This document shows, one piece after another, positions 52,072 to 62,728 of a stretch of DNA of 64,000 nt. Below the pieces are notes generated by a model. It made no database searches, was not told where the DNA came from, and saw nothing but the letters and a program-made list of their open reading frames with translations. A program made the translations under genes and the position numbers. Origin of the DNA: an uncultured Spirochaetota bacterium (GTDB lineage: Bacteria; Spirochaetota; UBA4802; UBA5550); the NCBI GenBank assembly GCA_963827275.1, contig CAWHAA010000005.1, positions 736,001 through 800,000 of the forward strand. The letters are read 5' to 3'. The number at the start of each line of letters is the position of its first letter. Position 1 is the stretch's first letter.

Positions 52072-52659
52072 CTACGGCTTTCTCTTTTCGATATCGGTCA
52101 TGAGGTCGGTGTACCATCCGGTCACCGTCTTCGCGGTGATCCGCTTCGCCAGGTCATCCAGCACGTATTCAAGGACGCGGGCCTCGCTCTCGATCGGCGC
52201 CACGAGCTCGGAGTACTCCCTGAACGACTGGATGCCGGTTTCGTAAAATATCATCTTCCTGCGCCTGAGATCAGTGCAGCGCGCGTCGGCCGTGATCCGC
52301 ATCCGCCTGGTGACGACCCTCCCGATCTCGTCAAACTTCATCGCCTGGATCTGGTACCCGGTGATCCGGACCTCGAGCCGCAGGTCGCCCATGCCTTCGT
52401 CGGTCTCGACCCCGAGCCTGCCGTCCATGCTGACATGTTCCCTGATCCTGTCATACAGTTTCGGGGGAAGGATGTCGTTGCCGGACGCGTTGACGGGAGG
52501 GGCGACATAGAGCCGGTTGGCGTTCCGCGGCACCACCGGTTCCCCCTCGAACTTTTCGGCGATTTTCCCCACCGTGGTCCCCTCCTCCCGGATATCGGAA
52601 AGGCAGGCGGACACGGTGATCGAAATCAGCCCCATGAATATGGCCAGCGTCACCCGCAT
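52072..52659 (-). CDS. lptE: LptE-like LPS-assembly lipoprotein
   Basis: Lipobox VSAC; LYVAPPVNAS, C-terminal helix LAKRITAKTVTGW; conserved lptE-holA synteny. Confidence 0.7.
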   Translation of the reverse strand: MRVTLAIFMGLISITVSACLSDIREEGTTVGKIAEKFEGEPVVPRNANRLYVAPPVNASGNDILPPKLYDRIREHVSMDGRLGVETDEGMGDLRLEVRITGYQIQAMKFDEIGRVVTRRMRITADARCTDLRRRKMIFYETGIQSFREYSELVAPIESEARVLEYVLDDLAKRITAKTVTGWYTDLMTDIEKRKP

Positions 52660-52788
52660 ATTTTTTTCACGAATAAAAAAAATCCGCTCAAGTTTTCCCT
52701 CCGGGCCGCCGATCATAGTATTAATCATTTACACTCTTTGGTCTTCCCAATGATAGAAAAGGGCGGTCATAAGAAGACCTTTCGCAAC

Positions 52789-52814
52789 AAATGGGATAGT
52801 TCGCTATCCCATTT
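52789..52814. terminator. Stem-loop terminator
   Basis: AAATGGGATAG-TTCG-CTATCCCATTT, just downstream of the minus-strand fusion gene. Confidence 0.65.
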
Positions 52815-52829
52815 TTTATTGCCGCGCCG

Positions 52830-55800
52830 TCATTCCAGCACCCGTATCGTCTCCGTGATGCCGTAAATCTTCTCCACGTACTCCCGCGCCGGCCTGTCCC
52901 AGTAATAGACGGAATTCTCCGCGTTTTTCCTCGCCTTCATGATCAATCCCTCGTCATTGCTCGGAAAAGAACTGCCTGGCCCGGTCCATGGCGTCGTAAA
53001 AGGCCCATGAATTGAAGTCGGAAAAGAGGAAGCCGTTCCCCTTGATCTCGTCGCCGCGCACCCGGACGGGAAACACGGTGTCGCGGAGCCCGCCGGTCGC
53101 GCGGGCGACCACCAGGTTGCCCGCCGCGAACGCCTCGAGCTGCGAGATGCCGCCCGGCTCGTGCATCGACGGCATGAGGAACAGGTCGGTTGACAGGAGG
53201 GGGACGGTGATGTCCTGGAACCCGATCGACACGTTCACCATGTCCGGGTAGTACTGGCCCAGGAGCCACAGGCCGTGGGCGATCTCCTCGCCGCGCCGGT
53301 CGCCGGAGGAGACCGCGCCGCCGATGATGCCCTGGAACTTCAGGTTCTTTATGATCCCCTCCGAGGACTCGAGGAGGAGCTGGTACCCCTTCTGCTCCGA
53401 TACGCGGTGAATGAACGAAAAGATCACGATGTCCGGATCGACACGGAGGCCGCGGCTGCTCTGCAGCAAGAGCTTGTTCTGCACGCGGAGGAGGATATCG
53501 CGCCGCTCCCGGTCTTCCACTGCGTCCACGGCTTTCGGGCCGTCCAGGATCTCGGGATACCGCTGCTCCAGCTTTCCCGCGCAGCGCGTCGTCCGCCCTG
53601 ACACGCTCGACCAGGTCCGGGATGGGCCTTCACGGTGAAGCGGGAGGCCTTGAATTTCTTCGTCAGATTGCTCCTGAAGTCGCTGCCGATCGCGTTGCTG
53701 ATGCCGATGACGTTCTTCAGAATGCGCTCGAGCCCGTCGCAGGCGTATTCGATCTGCTTCGCGTATGAGGGACTCACGGTGATCGCGCGGTCCGCGAAGC
53801 GAATCCCCGCCGCCATGCAGTTCAGCCTTTCGGGATGGTCGGGGTCGCAGAAATCGCCCGCCGTCCACGAGGGAAGGTTGAACAGGTTAAACAGGTCAAA
53901 CCCGTTGTCGATACGGTGGTAGGCGTCAAAGTACTGCCACCCGCCGTTGTGTATGATATGGAGAAACGTGTTCCTGGCGAAGTGGGGGCTCTCCCGGTAC
54001 ACGTGGTCGCATTTCACGATGCCGTTGAAAATCCCCGCGTACGCGTCGTTCGTAAAGGTGTAGGTGGGGTCAAGGTTGAACACCGCGATGACCTCGACGC
54101 AGGCCCGTGAAAACGCGACCCGCCGCCTGATCTTTTCCGCCGCGGTGACGCCCCAGTAGAGGCCGTCGAAAAACTCGTGGTGATCGAGCAGGTAGTAGCT
54201 GACCCCGTCCACCATCGGCGTGGTGGACGCCCACCTCGCAGTCGTCGCCCATGATCTTGAAGCGCACGGTCACCCCGGTGTAGGCGAGGCCGTACTTCTT
54301 CACGGCCTCCTGCATCTTCTTCACCGACTTGTCGTCGCCGTGCTTGTAGTAGCCCGAGATGACATGGACCTTCTCGCCCAGCTTGACGAGCTCGCGCGGC
54401 AGCTCGTACACCACGTTGGCCAGCCCGCCGCTCTTGGAAAAGGGCTCCGCCTCCGCCGACATGAAGACCAGGGAGCCCCGCCGGTTATGCTCGATGAGCG
54501 CGCCGCCCAGGGAGGCGAGGACGGGGTCGTCCCCGCGGGACATCCGCGCGGTGTAGTCGAGCACCGTTTTCCCGTCGATGATCCCGTTCCTGACCAGGTA
54601 AAAGGCCGCGCGCTTCAGCCCCAGCTCGAGCTTCTGGCGGTGCTCCTTCCAGAATATCGGCACAAGGTGCCCGCCGATAAAGCCGGTGATCGCCTCGTAG
54701 GTCCCGCAGTTCTTCGCAAGCTCCGCGTAGGAAAAATTGCTCCCGATGCTCTCCACGTTCGACATCTCGCAGAGCCGGAAGAAGGAATCGCGTATGAACT
54801 CGTCGTAATGTCGGCTCGAGGTCAACCGGCTCGAGCTTCAGGAGCTTTACCCGCTCGGTGAAGGAAACGACCGTGTTGACGCGCGAGACCGTCAGCTCGC
54901 GCCCCGTGTAGTAGTTGTAGTGCCCGGTCAGGTTCGAAAAGAGCGGGTCGCTCAGCCGGTAGTGCGCGCCGGGCGGGATCGGCAGGACCGGGCTGTCGAA
55001 CTGGATCGACACGCTCTGGTTCGAGTCGGCGAAATTGAAGACGCCGATCCAGACGGTCTCGCCGACGAACTTCGCGGCCGCGGCCACCATGGTGTTGTTG
55101 GCCCAGACGAGGTACCCCTTTCCCTTCTCGTCGCGGTGGAACCGGTACCAGTCGGCGTAGAAGGGCTGGAGGCTCCGGTGCGCCGCGTACTCGAACTGGT
55201 TCCAGTTGACGAAGATGTTGTCGAGGTAGACCTTCCAGCCCTCGCCCTCGGCGCTCCCCTCGTAGTCCATGATCGCGTTGCTCATGAAGCAGGTGAGCCC
55301 CACGGCGGCGCGCAGGCCCCGGAGGCCGAAGGTGTTCAGGGCGCGGCGCTCGTCGTGGTTGCCCAGTATCCCCAGCATCTCGGTCCCCTCGGGGAGGACC
55401 GACGGGAAATAGCTGTCGTAGATATGGTAGATCTCGCGGACGTCGGTCTTTCCGTGGATTATGTTTTCGCAGATCTTGAAGAGCGAGGAGTTATAGGGGA
55501 TGAGCCCGGTCCGGGTCAGGAAGCGCTCGTGGCCCCAGTAGCACTCGGCGATGTTCAGGAAAAAATTCTTGTTCTTCTCCCGCAGCTTCTTCTCGACGTT
55601 CAGCATGAGGTAGAAGTGCAGCGGGACGGCGATCAGGTCGCGGCAGGCCGAGTCGTAATAGCCGGTGGTGACGTAATGGTCGTCCTCACGGTCGTTCACG
55701 ATGATGGTCCCCTCGACCATGTCCGCGCTGTCGCGCTTGCGTTCGAACACGAAGGGGAAGTTGTTCTTCTTCATCATGATGGGGACGGCGTGCGCCGAGT

Positions 55801-57695
55801 CGAAGCGTATGCCGTCAATATCGAACCGCTCGATCAGCCGCGGCGATCGAACTGGAGAGCCACTCCCACACCTCGAACTTCCGGTAGTTCAGGAGCTTGC
55901 CGTCGTTCCACGAGCCGTACCGCCCGTCGGTGGAGGCCCGCACCACCAGGTTGCCGGAATCGTCGTAGGTGAGGACCGAAAGGCTTTCCGGCAGGTGGTC
56001 GCTTGACCGGTTGATGTGGGGGATGATGTCCACGATAATCCTGATGTCCCGCGCGTGGGCGGCGCCGATGAGCTCCTTCAGGCCTTCGTCACCGCCCAGG
56101 GAGGGCTCGATCTCCACCAGGCTCATGGGGGAGAAGGGTGACGGCGACGAGGCGTTCGGCGCCCAGTCGTTCCGGTTCCTGCCCCGCCGCTGGACGCCCA
56201 GCAGATATATGGTCGTGACCGCGTAATTCTTCTTGATCTCGTCAAGGTGGGCCGTGATGTCGGAAAAACAACCGAGCCGTATCACCTCGCCATGCTCGTT
56301 GTAGACCAGGCCCGGGTGGCCGTTTCCCTTGGCCCACCAGGTGCGGGTATGGCCGTGGATGTCCGGGAAGATCTCGAGTACGATTTCACCCCTGATGTCC
56401 GGGACCGCGTTGACCCTGCCGGAGAGCCCCGGCAGTCCGACCCAGTCGGCGCGCTTCCGCTTCTTCGTGATCACCACGAAATCATAGTGACCGTACTCCT
56501 CGAAACGGTATTCGGCCGCGTAGCGCTCTTCGCCCTCGCGCACCAGCGCGACCTCGGTTGCGTCGATGTCTTTTTCAAGGAAGATCCCGCCCTTCGCGGT
56601 ATTGCGGTAGATGCGGAGATGGTAATCGCCCGGCGCTCCCGGAATTTCAAAGGTGAAACGGTACGGCTCGCCGATCCTTGCGTTCACGAAGCGGGTGGCA
56701 AGGGGCGCGTCGAACTCTTTTGGCGCGAAGGTCCTCTCAAGGAGGATGTTGGCCATGTTGCGAATCTCGTGGATATCATGCCCGGACGCAGCGACCAGGA
56801 GCCGCACGATCTCACGGAGCGAGGCCTCGTCGTCCCCCGCCTTGTAGCGCCGCGCCAGCCGCTCCAGCGACTTCACCGCCTCGAGGTTCCGGTGGTAGTG
56901 GAAATTCAGCTCGTCGCCGGGGAGTCGCGCGTCCAGCTCGCGCAGGTACTTGTGGCGGCTCGCCTCGCTGAATTTCCGTACCCGCTTTCCCGCCTCTTCG
57001 GCGGGGACTTCCTCGATCTCGAACTGCTGGGCATTCCGTATCACCTCGTCGACCAGGAAGTTCAGCGCGAACGATATCTCGGGCGGGTACACGACCGTGT
57101 GGGTATACCCGGTCTGGACAGCCCGCTCCTCGATCATCAGGAGCTTGATGAAAGCGGCAAAGAGCCCGGACCCCGCTCGCTTCTGCTCGGCCATCAGCGC
57201 GTCAAAGGTCTTCAGGCCGAGGTATATGGAAGGTGTCTCTTTCCAGGGAGGCCCCTGCCCCACGTGGGAAATCACCGTGGTTTCGTTCGATATGTGGAAG
57301 AGCGTTGGAACGCCGGGGAGCTCTTTCACGATGACGAAGCGCCGGCCGATGATGCTGTCAAAATCGCCCGCGGCAACTGCCCGGTGGGCGAAGACGATCG
57401 ACGCGATGAGGCGGGACGAAAGCCGTATATCGCTCATGAGGCGGCCCCGCACGGTCTGGTCGCCCTTTGACAGCGCCTCGAACGCGCTGTTCCGCATGTC
57501 GATGAAGCGCTCGCGGAAGAACTCCGGCAGGTCGCCGGCGCGGATGCTCCGGACGATGTCGCCGTCGAGGTAAAACTCGAAGCAGCGGTTGTCCGCGAAG
57601 GCCCGCGCGATCCCCTCCTTTACGATTTTATCCGAAAGGAGGTGCTCATCGGTTATGCGAAAACGGCACAGGCTGCTTGATATGACCGGTTCCAA
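52830..57695 (-). CDS. ~1600-aa fusion of a GH13 alpha-amylase-family domain and GT5 glycogen/starch synthase; several apparent frameshifts
   Basis: GH13 regions DIIPHINRSS, DGIRFDSAHA, IAECYW, GNHDERR. GT5 motifs FSKSGGLANV, HIIHNGGWQ, ITVSPSYA, RVSEQKG, MPSMHEPGGISQLEA, ARATGGLRDTV. Confidence 0.82.
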
Positions 57696-57891
57696 TTATT
57701 CGATACCTCTCCCGTTTTCACTATATCCCGCCTCTATTGAGCGTCAATCGAAAAAACAAATATTCAAAATGCACAGGGAGGGGATTGCAGGACGGCCCCG
57801 CCATCACCCCCCGTGCCGCCGGCCACATTCCCCTATTTTATGTTTGACTTATTCCCTTGGTAATGATTAACAAGGGCTCTGGAGGCATGCC

Positions 57892-58686
57892 ATGAAAAAT
57901 CATATTATACTACTGGCCGTGCTCGCGGCACTGCTGGCGCACCCGGCATGTAAAAAAAAGCCCGGGCAGGAACTTGGCGTAACAGTTCAGTTTTCGGCCG
58001 GTGATGTCCGGATTGTAACCGCCGCCGGGGAAAAGGCCGCGGTACCGGGGGACATCATAACATTTGACGACAGCATCGTTACCGGCGCATCATCGGTCGT
58101 TGATCTTAATTTCGGCACCCGGGGTGTAATCAGGATCGTTGAGAACTCCAGGGTCACGATGGCCGCGCTCAGGGGACCTTCAGGAAACGAGCAGGCGCAA
58201 TTTGAAATGAAAACCGGAAAAGTAGTGGTGATTATGTCAAAGCTGTCAAAGGAGTCCGGCTTCAGCATCATAACGCCGACAACGCTCGCCGCGATCAGAG
58301 GGACCTCTTTCATGGTCGTATCTGATCCTACAAGTTCAAAAATTTATGTTCTAAAGGGAAGGATCCTTGTCCAGCTCGCGAAAGAGGGGAAACTGGCCGA
58401 GAATATCGAAAAAATCCTGGACGCGAACAAGAAAGTCGTTGTGAGCGAAGATCTCGTTAACCAGATCATCGCAGGAAAAAAAGAGATTGAAGTGGCGGCA
58501 TTGACCCCGAAAGAGATATCGGATATCAAAGAAGAAATTAAAGACATAAAAACAAGCGACACGCTTGACCCGGAAGCCCGGAAGGAATTGAACGAGATAA
58601 TCAGTGCCGAGGCAACACCTGAGGCGATCAAGAATAAAAAGCAGGAGACGAAGAATAAAGACATTCAGGCTATTCCTTCTTTGTAA
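57892..58686 (+). CDS. FecR-domain lipoprotein (LipL45-like)
   Basis: HPAC lipobox-like; ITPTTLAAIRGTSFMV FecR motif. Confidence 0.85.
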   Translation: MKNHIILLAVLAALLAHPACKKKPGQELGVTVQFSAGDVRIVTAAGEKAAVPGDIITFDDSIVTGASSVVDLNFGTRGVIRIVENSRVTMAALRGPSGNEQAQFEMKTGKVVVIMSKLSKESGFSIITPTTLAAIRGTSFMVVSDPTSSKIYVLKGRILVQLAKEGKLAENIEKILDANKKVVVSEDLVNQIIAGKKEIEVAALTPKEISDIKEEIKDIKTSDTLDPEARKELNEIISAEATPEAIKNKKQETKNKDIQAIPSL

Positions 58687-58728
58687 TGGTCTCTTTACCG
58701 GAATGTATCTCACTAATGGGGGGATTCT

Positions 58729-59625
58729 ATGAAACTATCATCGACGGCATCAGCGGCGTGTATCGCCGGATTTTTGCTGTTAGCGCTCTCCCTGCCGCTC
58801 CATGCGGCGGCGCAGCAAAAGCAGCCTGCAAAGCAACAAAAGCTGTACCAGGTCAAGAAAGCCAGGCCCGCCGCGGACGGCGATCGCCAGTGGCATATAA
58901 GCGCCGGCTTCAGGGTCGGGTGCTTCTGGTGGCAGCCGGTATGGCAGAAGTACGTGGCCAATGAGTTCGGGAACGGGGTGGACAACTTCAAGTACCGGAT
59001 GGGCCCAAACGCCATTTTCGGCCCCATGCTGAGTTTTACTTTCAACAAGCAGTGGAGCCTCTCCTGGAGTTTTCAATATGGCCGGTATGACGCGAAGGCA
59101 CGCGCCCTGATCTATTTCTCAGGGCTCCTCGTCCCGGGGAACATACATTTCAAGGTCGATAAGATGGACAGCGACCTGCTGGCCCTGGTGACCCTGACAA
59201 AATATGCAAAGCTTTTTTTCGGTCCCCGGTACCAGGGATACCAGTATAACGAAAAGTTCCTTCTCATCAAGTCAACACCGGTAAAATACCACTCCCTCTC
59301 TCTGGGGGTAGGCGCCGCTTTCACGGTGCCGCTCGGCGCAAGCTTCTACTTCCTGCCGAACATCTCCCTGGTTGGCCTTGTCGGCTGGGAGGAGTTCAAC
59401 CCGTTGAAAATATCGTATACGCTTGATAGCGACGCCAGGATATCCGGCGCCCTGGGCTTCAACGCCAATGTGGACTTCGGCTATTTCGTCGTACCTGCCA
59501 GCGTCACGATCACGCTCGGGTTCCGCGTACAGTACCTTCATTATCTGCAGAAGGCGCGGGAATCCTACGGGAACGACGCCGATATCTTTTTCGGACCGAG
59601 CCTTGCCGTTGTTTATACGTATTGA
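58729..59625 (+). CDS. Outer-membrane beta-barrel protein, unknown function
   Basis: Signal peptide, alternating aromatic/hydrophobic strands, ends VVYTY. Confidence 0.75.
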   Translation: MKLSSTASAACIAGFLLLALSLPLHAAAQQKQPAKQQKLYQVKKARPAADGDRQWHISAGFRVGCFWWQPVWQKYVANEFGNGVDNFKYRMGPNAIFGPMLSFTFNKQWSLSWSFQYGRYDAKARALIYFSGLLVPGNIHFKVDKMDSDLLALVTLTKYAKLFFGPRYQGYQYNEKFLLIKSTPVKYHSLSLGVGAAFTVPLGASFYFLPNISLVGLVGWEEFNPLKISYTLDSDARISGALGFNANVDFGYFVVPASVTITLGFRVQYLHYLQKARESYGNDADIFFGPSLAVVYTY

Positions 59626-59666
59626 TCCCGGGTGGCAGTGTTCAGGGGGGGCAGAGCAATTCAGGG

Positions 59667-60097
59667 CCGATAGTTATCGGTGATTCCCGGGGTCAGAGCA
59701 ACCACCCCACCGATAGTTATCGGTGATTTCCCGGGGTCAGAGCAACCACCCCACCGATAGTTATCGGTGATTTCCCGGGGCCAGAGCAACCACCCCACCG
59801 ATAGTTATCGGTGATTTCCCGGGGCCAGAGCAACCACCCCACCGATAGTTATCGGTGATTTCCAGGGGCCAGAGCAACCACCCCACCGATAGTTATCGGT
59901 GATTTCCCGGGGCCAGAGCAACCACCCCACCGATAGTTATCGGTGATTTCCAGGGGCCAGAGCAACCACCCCACCGATAGTTATCGGTGATTTCCAGGGG
60001 CCAGAGCAACCACCCCACCGATAGTTATCGGTGATTTCCAGGGGTCAGAGCAACCACCCCACCGATAGTTATCGGTGATTTCCAGGGGCCAGAGCAA
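59667..60097. repeat. Tandem array of 10 copies of a 44-bp unit containing an 18-bp palindrome
   Basis: Unit CCGATAGTTATCGGTGATTTCC(C/A)GGGG(C/T)CAGAGCAACCACCCCA starting at 59667, 59710, 59754, 59798, 59842, 59886, 59930, 59974, 60018 and 60062 (last copy truncated). Confidence 0.97.
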
Positions 60098-60149
60098 AAA
60101 TAGACTGAAAGTACTCACACAATTTCCACTTTTAGCTTTTTACAGGGTG

Positions 60150-60443
60150 ACAAGGGACACTGAATCGTTTTTCGGATCAAACAGACTATCAATGGCCGAG
60201 CGGCTGGTATGCATTTTTTAGCCATCAATGTTTTTGTCATGTGGCCGCTTCTCATGGCATGCTCAAGCTGATGGACAATGACCTGTTTATGGCTACCGCT
60301 TCAGTAGATTCGAGTATGCCTTCGTCCTTGAGAAAACCATTGAAATAAAAAAATTTAAGCCCTCTGTCCATCGCTTTTTGTGTTAGAAAGGGCTTTATCT
60401 GAAAAGTAGCCGGTGCTGATAAAACGCGTTGTGTCCCCCGGGC
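60150..60443 (+). mobile_element. Possible degenerate IS 3' remnant (IS1182/IS5-like)
   Basis: Broken coding traces ESFFG..IKQ and AASHGMLKL resemble transposase C-termini (EPVFG.IK, AHNL.KL). Ends in a 70-bp segment repeated at 62520. Confidence 0.3.
60373..60443 (+). repeat. ~70-bp dispersed direct repeat, copy A
   Basis: Matches 62520-62589 with about 6 differences. Confidence 0.9.
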
Positions 60444-60486
60444 CTTTTTTCGGAGAGGACGTAATTTCTTAGATAATAATGACAAC

Positions 60487-60508
60487 AAAAAGGCTGTGAG
60501 CCTTTTTT
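60487..60508. terminator. Short bidirectional terminator
   Basis: AAAAAGGCT-GTG-AGCCTTTTTT. Confidence 0.5.
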
Positions 60509-60742
60509 ATTTTTTATTTCAATACATATACATTAAATGAATTCATAAAATCAATGTAATCCAACAATGGTCCTGAAATAATATTTTTTCCGGCAATAAT
60601 GAATGTGTGACTTTAATATAAACGTATATATATGATCAGTCGAGAAAATCTTCAATTTTGATCAGGTGGCAGTTCGGGAAATACGCGCGGGAGGTCACAG
60701 GACTCCACCGATGCGGCGTCCCGTGACAGGCCCGCACGGAGT

Positions 60743-61627
60743 TTAGAAGAGGTACGCTGCCGATACGGTTACACCGCCAAGCTGGTCGAAGAGCGTGGTG
60801 TAGTTCCCGAAATATTCGCGCGGGTCTTGCGTGATTAAGGCAAAGGTCATTAACTGGTAACGACCGCCCACTGACAGGATTATGTTCGCCGGCTCGATGA
60901 GATACGACAGCACCACCTCTTCTATACTCTTGAACCCGAGGTGTACGTTCGTTTTTCTCGCCTCAAACTGGACGTTCCTTTGCAGGGTGCCTGCCATTAC
61001 ATAGAGAGAAAGCTTTAAATCCAGCGTGAGGTTCTTCGCCAGCTCAAACCCGAGGTTGAAACCAAACCCGGGCCCGCAGTCATACTGAAACGAGCGGAGC
61101 GAACCCTTCATCGGGACCTCGATCGGCAGTACCGGCACAAAGCTTATGATCGCGTTGTATCCGCCGAAAAATTTGTTCACATCCACGTTCGCCGCGATAA
61201 ATATGTCCACATATTTGTTCATCTTTTTGTATGCCCGCAGGTCGGCGTCATACTTTTCGATACGGGAGGCCGTGGTCCGCGCGAGATGGAGGCCGGTCAG
61301 GCCGAGCGTCAGGTTGTCCGACGAGAGTGAGAACTGGTTGTGCAGCGCCATCAGGAGCGTGAAGGAAAGTTTCCATGATTCCGTGGCCTGCCAGGTAAGC
61401 ACCGGTCCATACAGGGCGCTGGAATCCTTCATTGAAAAGGTGGACCTGATCGGCATTTTCCGGTCTTGCTGCTTAAAGTAATTTTTGGCAAAAGGGTTCC
61501 ACCAGCCATACATGGCAATGGCGCCGACGCTGACGTCGCCCACCGCGGCGTTTGCAGTCGCGCTCCAGGTGGAAATAGCACATGTGAAAACAAGGACAAC
61601 GAGAAATAAATGAGATATTTTTTTCAT
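60743..61627 (-). CDS. Outer-membrane beta-barrel protein, paralog of 58729-59625
   Basis: Signal peptide; shared WW.P, (F/Y)GP.L....W.LS, K.D.DL motifs; ends AAYLF. Confidence 0.78.
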   Translation of the reverse strand: MKKISHLFLVVLVFTCAISTWSATANAAVGDVSVGAIAMYGWWNPFAKNYFKQQDRKMPIRSTFSMKDSSALYGPVLTWQATESWKLSFTLLMALHNQFSLSSDNLTLGLTGLHLARTTASRIEKYDADLRAYKKMNKYVDIFIAANVDVNKFFGGYNAIISFVPVLPIEVPMKGSLRSFQYDCGPGFGFNLGFELAKNLTLDLKLSLYVMAGTLQRNVQFEARKTNVHLGFKSIEEVVLSYLIEPANIILSVGGRYQLMTFALITQDPREYFGNYTTLFDQLGGVTVSAAYLF

Positions 61628-61749
61628 GCCTGTACTCCTGCGGTGTAGTTATACCATCATATCGCCTTATGAAAACGAAAAGTCAATCGTTTCTCTTTTT
61701 TATAAAACTTATTATTCGGGAATCGTTATAGAAACACAATGACGGTTTC

Positions 61750-62505
61750 ATGAAAAACATGCTACTCCGCATTATCTATCTATTGATCATGGCATTGTGT
61801 CCGTTAACCGCGGCGCGGGCCGCGGCGGCGGAACCGCTGGATGCCACACTTGTCTCCAAAAACATCAGCGGCACGGTCGAATATATCGAGGACCGGGGGC
61901 GCTGCCGGCGTGACGAATTACTGATATCAGGAATCTGCTTTCATAAAACCCTTGCCTGTCAGGCACCTTCTTCTTTTAATGTCCAAGAATTTCATACACC
62001 TGCAGCATGTTCAATAATAAATAATATTTCACGAAAAGCAGCTCCCGGAACACGAGGACCTTCCCGGATTGTTATTTATAAATATTTAATTATATCAGAA
62101 CGCAGTGTGAGTAATTGCCAATAATACATCACAGGAGGGTATAATTATATCCTTGGCTCCTCGCCGACGGTCCGGATCGGCGGCAACATCCAGAACTACA
62201 AATACCGGATATCGCACAAGGTCGGCATTGGCACCGAGTATCTGGCGCACAAAATGGTGCTCCTGAGCGCCGGCCTTTCCTACGAGACACAGGAAGTATA
62301 CCCCTATGCGCAGAATATCTTTGACCCCAGCCTCTGCAATCTTGGCGTGGGACTCGGCGGGAAAATCATCATCAATGAGATGATCAGCCTGGAGCTCGCT
62401 GTCGCGCGGTATTTCTTCATCCCGGCCCGCGCTCAGTTTGAGCTTGTCAAGATGACCAAGAGCATCACGAATTTCGGCATCGGCATCACGGTGAAGACCC
62501 TGTAA
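61750..62505 (+). pseudogene. Disrupted outer-membrane protein gene (C-terminus OMPP1/FadL-like)
   Basis: Signal peptide at 61750; AT-rich, non-protein-like middle; in-frame TAA at 62122-62124; then barrel-like GIGTEY...LSAGLSYE...GVGLGG...FGIGITVKTL. Confidence 0.45.
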
Positions 62506-62519
62506 GGTCCTTTCCCGGC

Positions 62520-62589
62520 GCTCTTTGTGTCAGAAAGGGCTTTATCTAAAAGGAGCTGGTGCTGATAAAACGCATTGTGTCCCCCGGGC
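62520..62589 (+). repeat. ~70-bp dispersed direct repeat, copy B
   Basis: Matches 60373-60443. Confidence 0.9.
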
Positions 62590-62728
62590 AGGCACCCGGG
62601 AGGGGATAGAATCCTGTATAATGACCTTCCCGGCGCCCCTGCCTTGCGGCAGGGCCCCCGGGAAGGTCGAAGTCACGGATACGCCGTTGATCTCCGGGCT
62701 GAACTCCTCACCCGGCTTCGAGAGGCAA

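Noticed and set aside
59667..60097. CRISPR array
   Set aside because: Palindromic repeats are present, but the intervening sequence is near-identical in all units (no unique spacers) and no cas genes are in the window.
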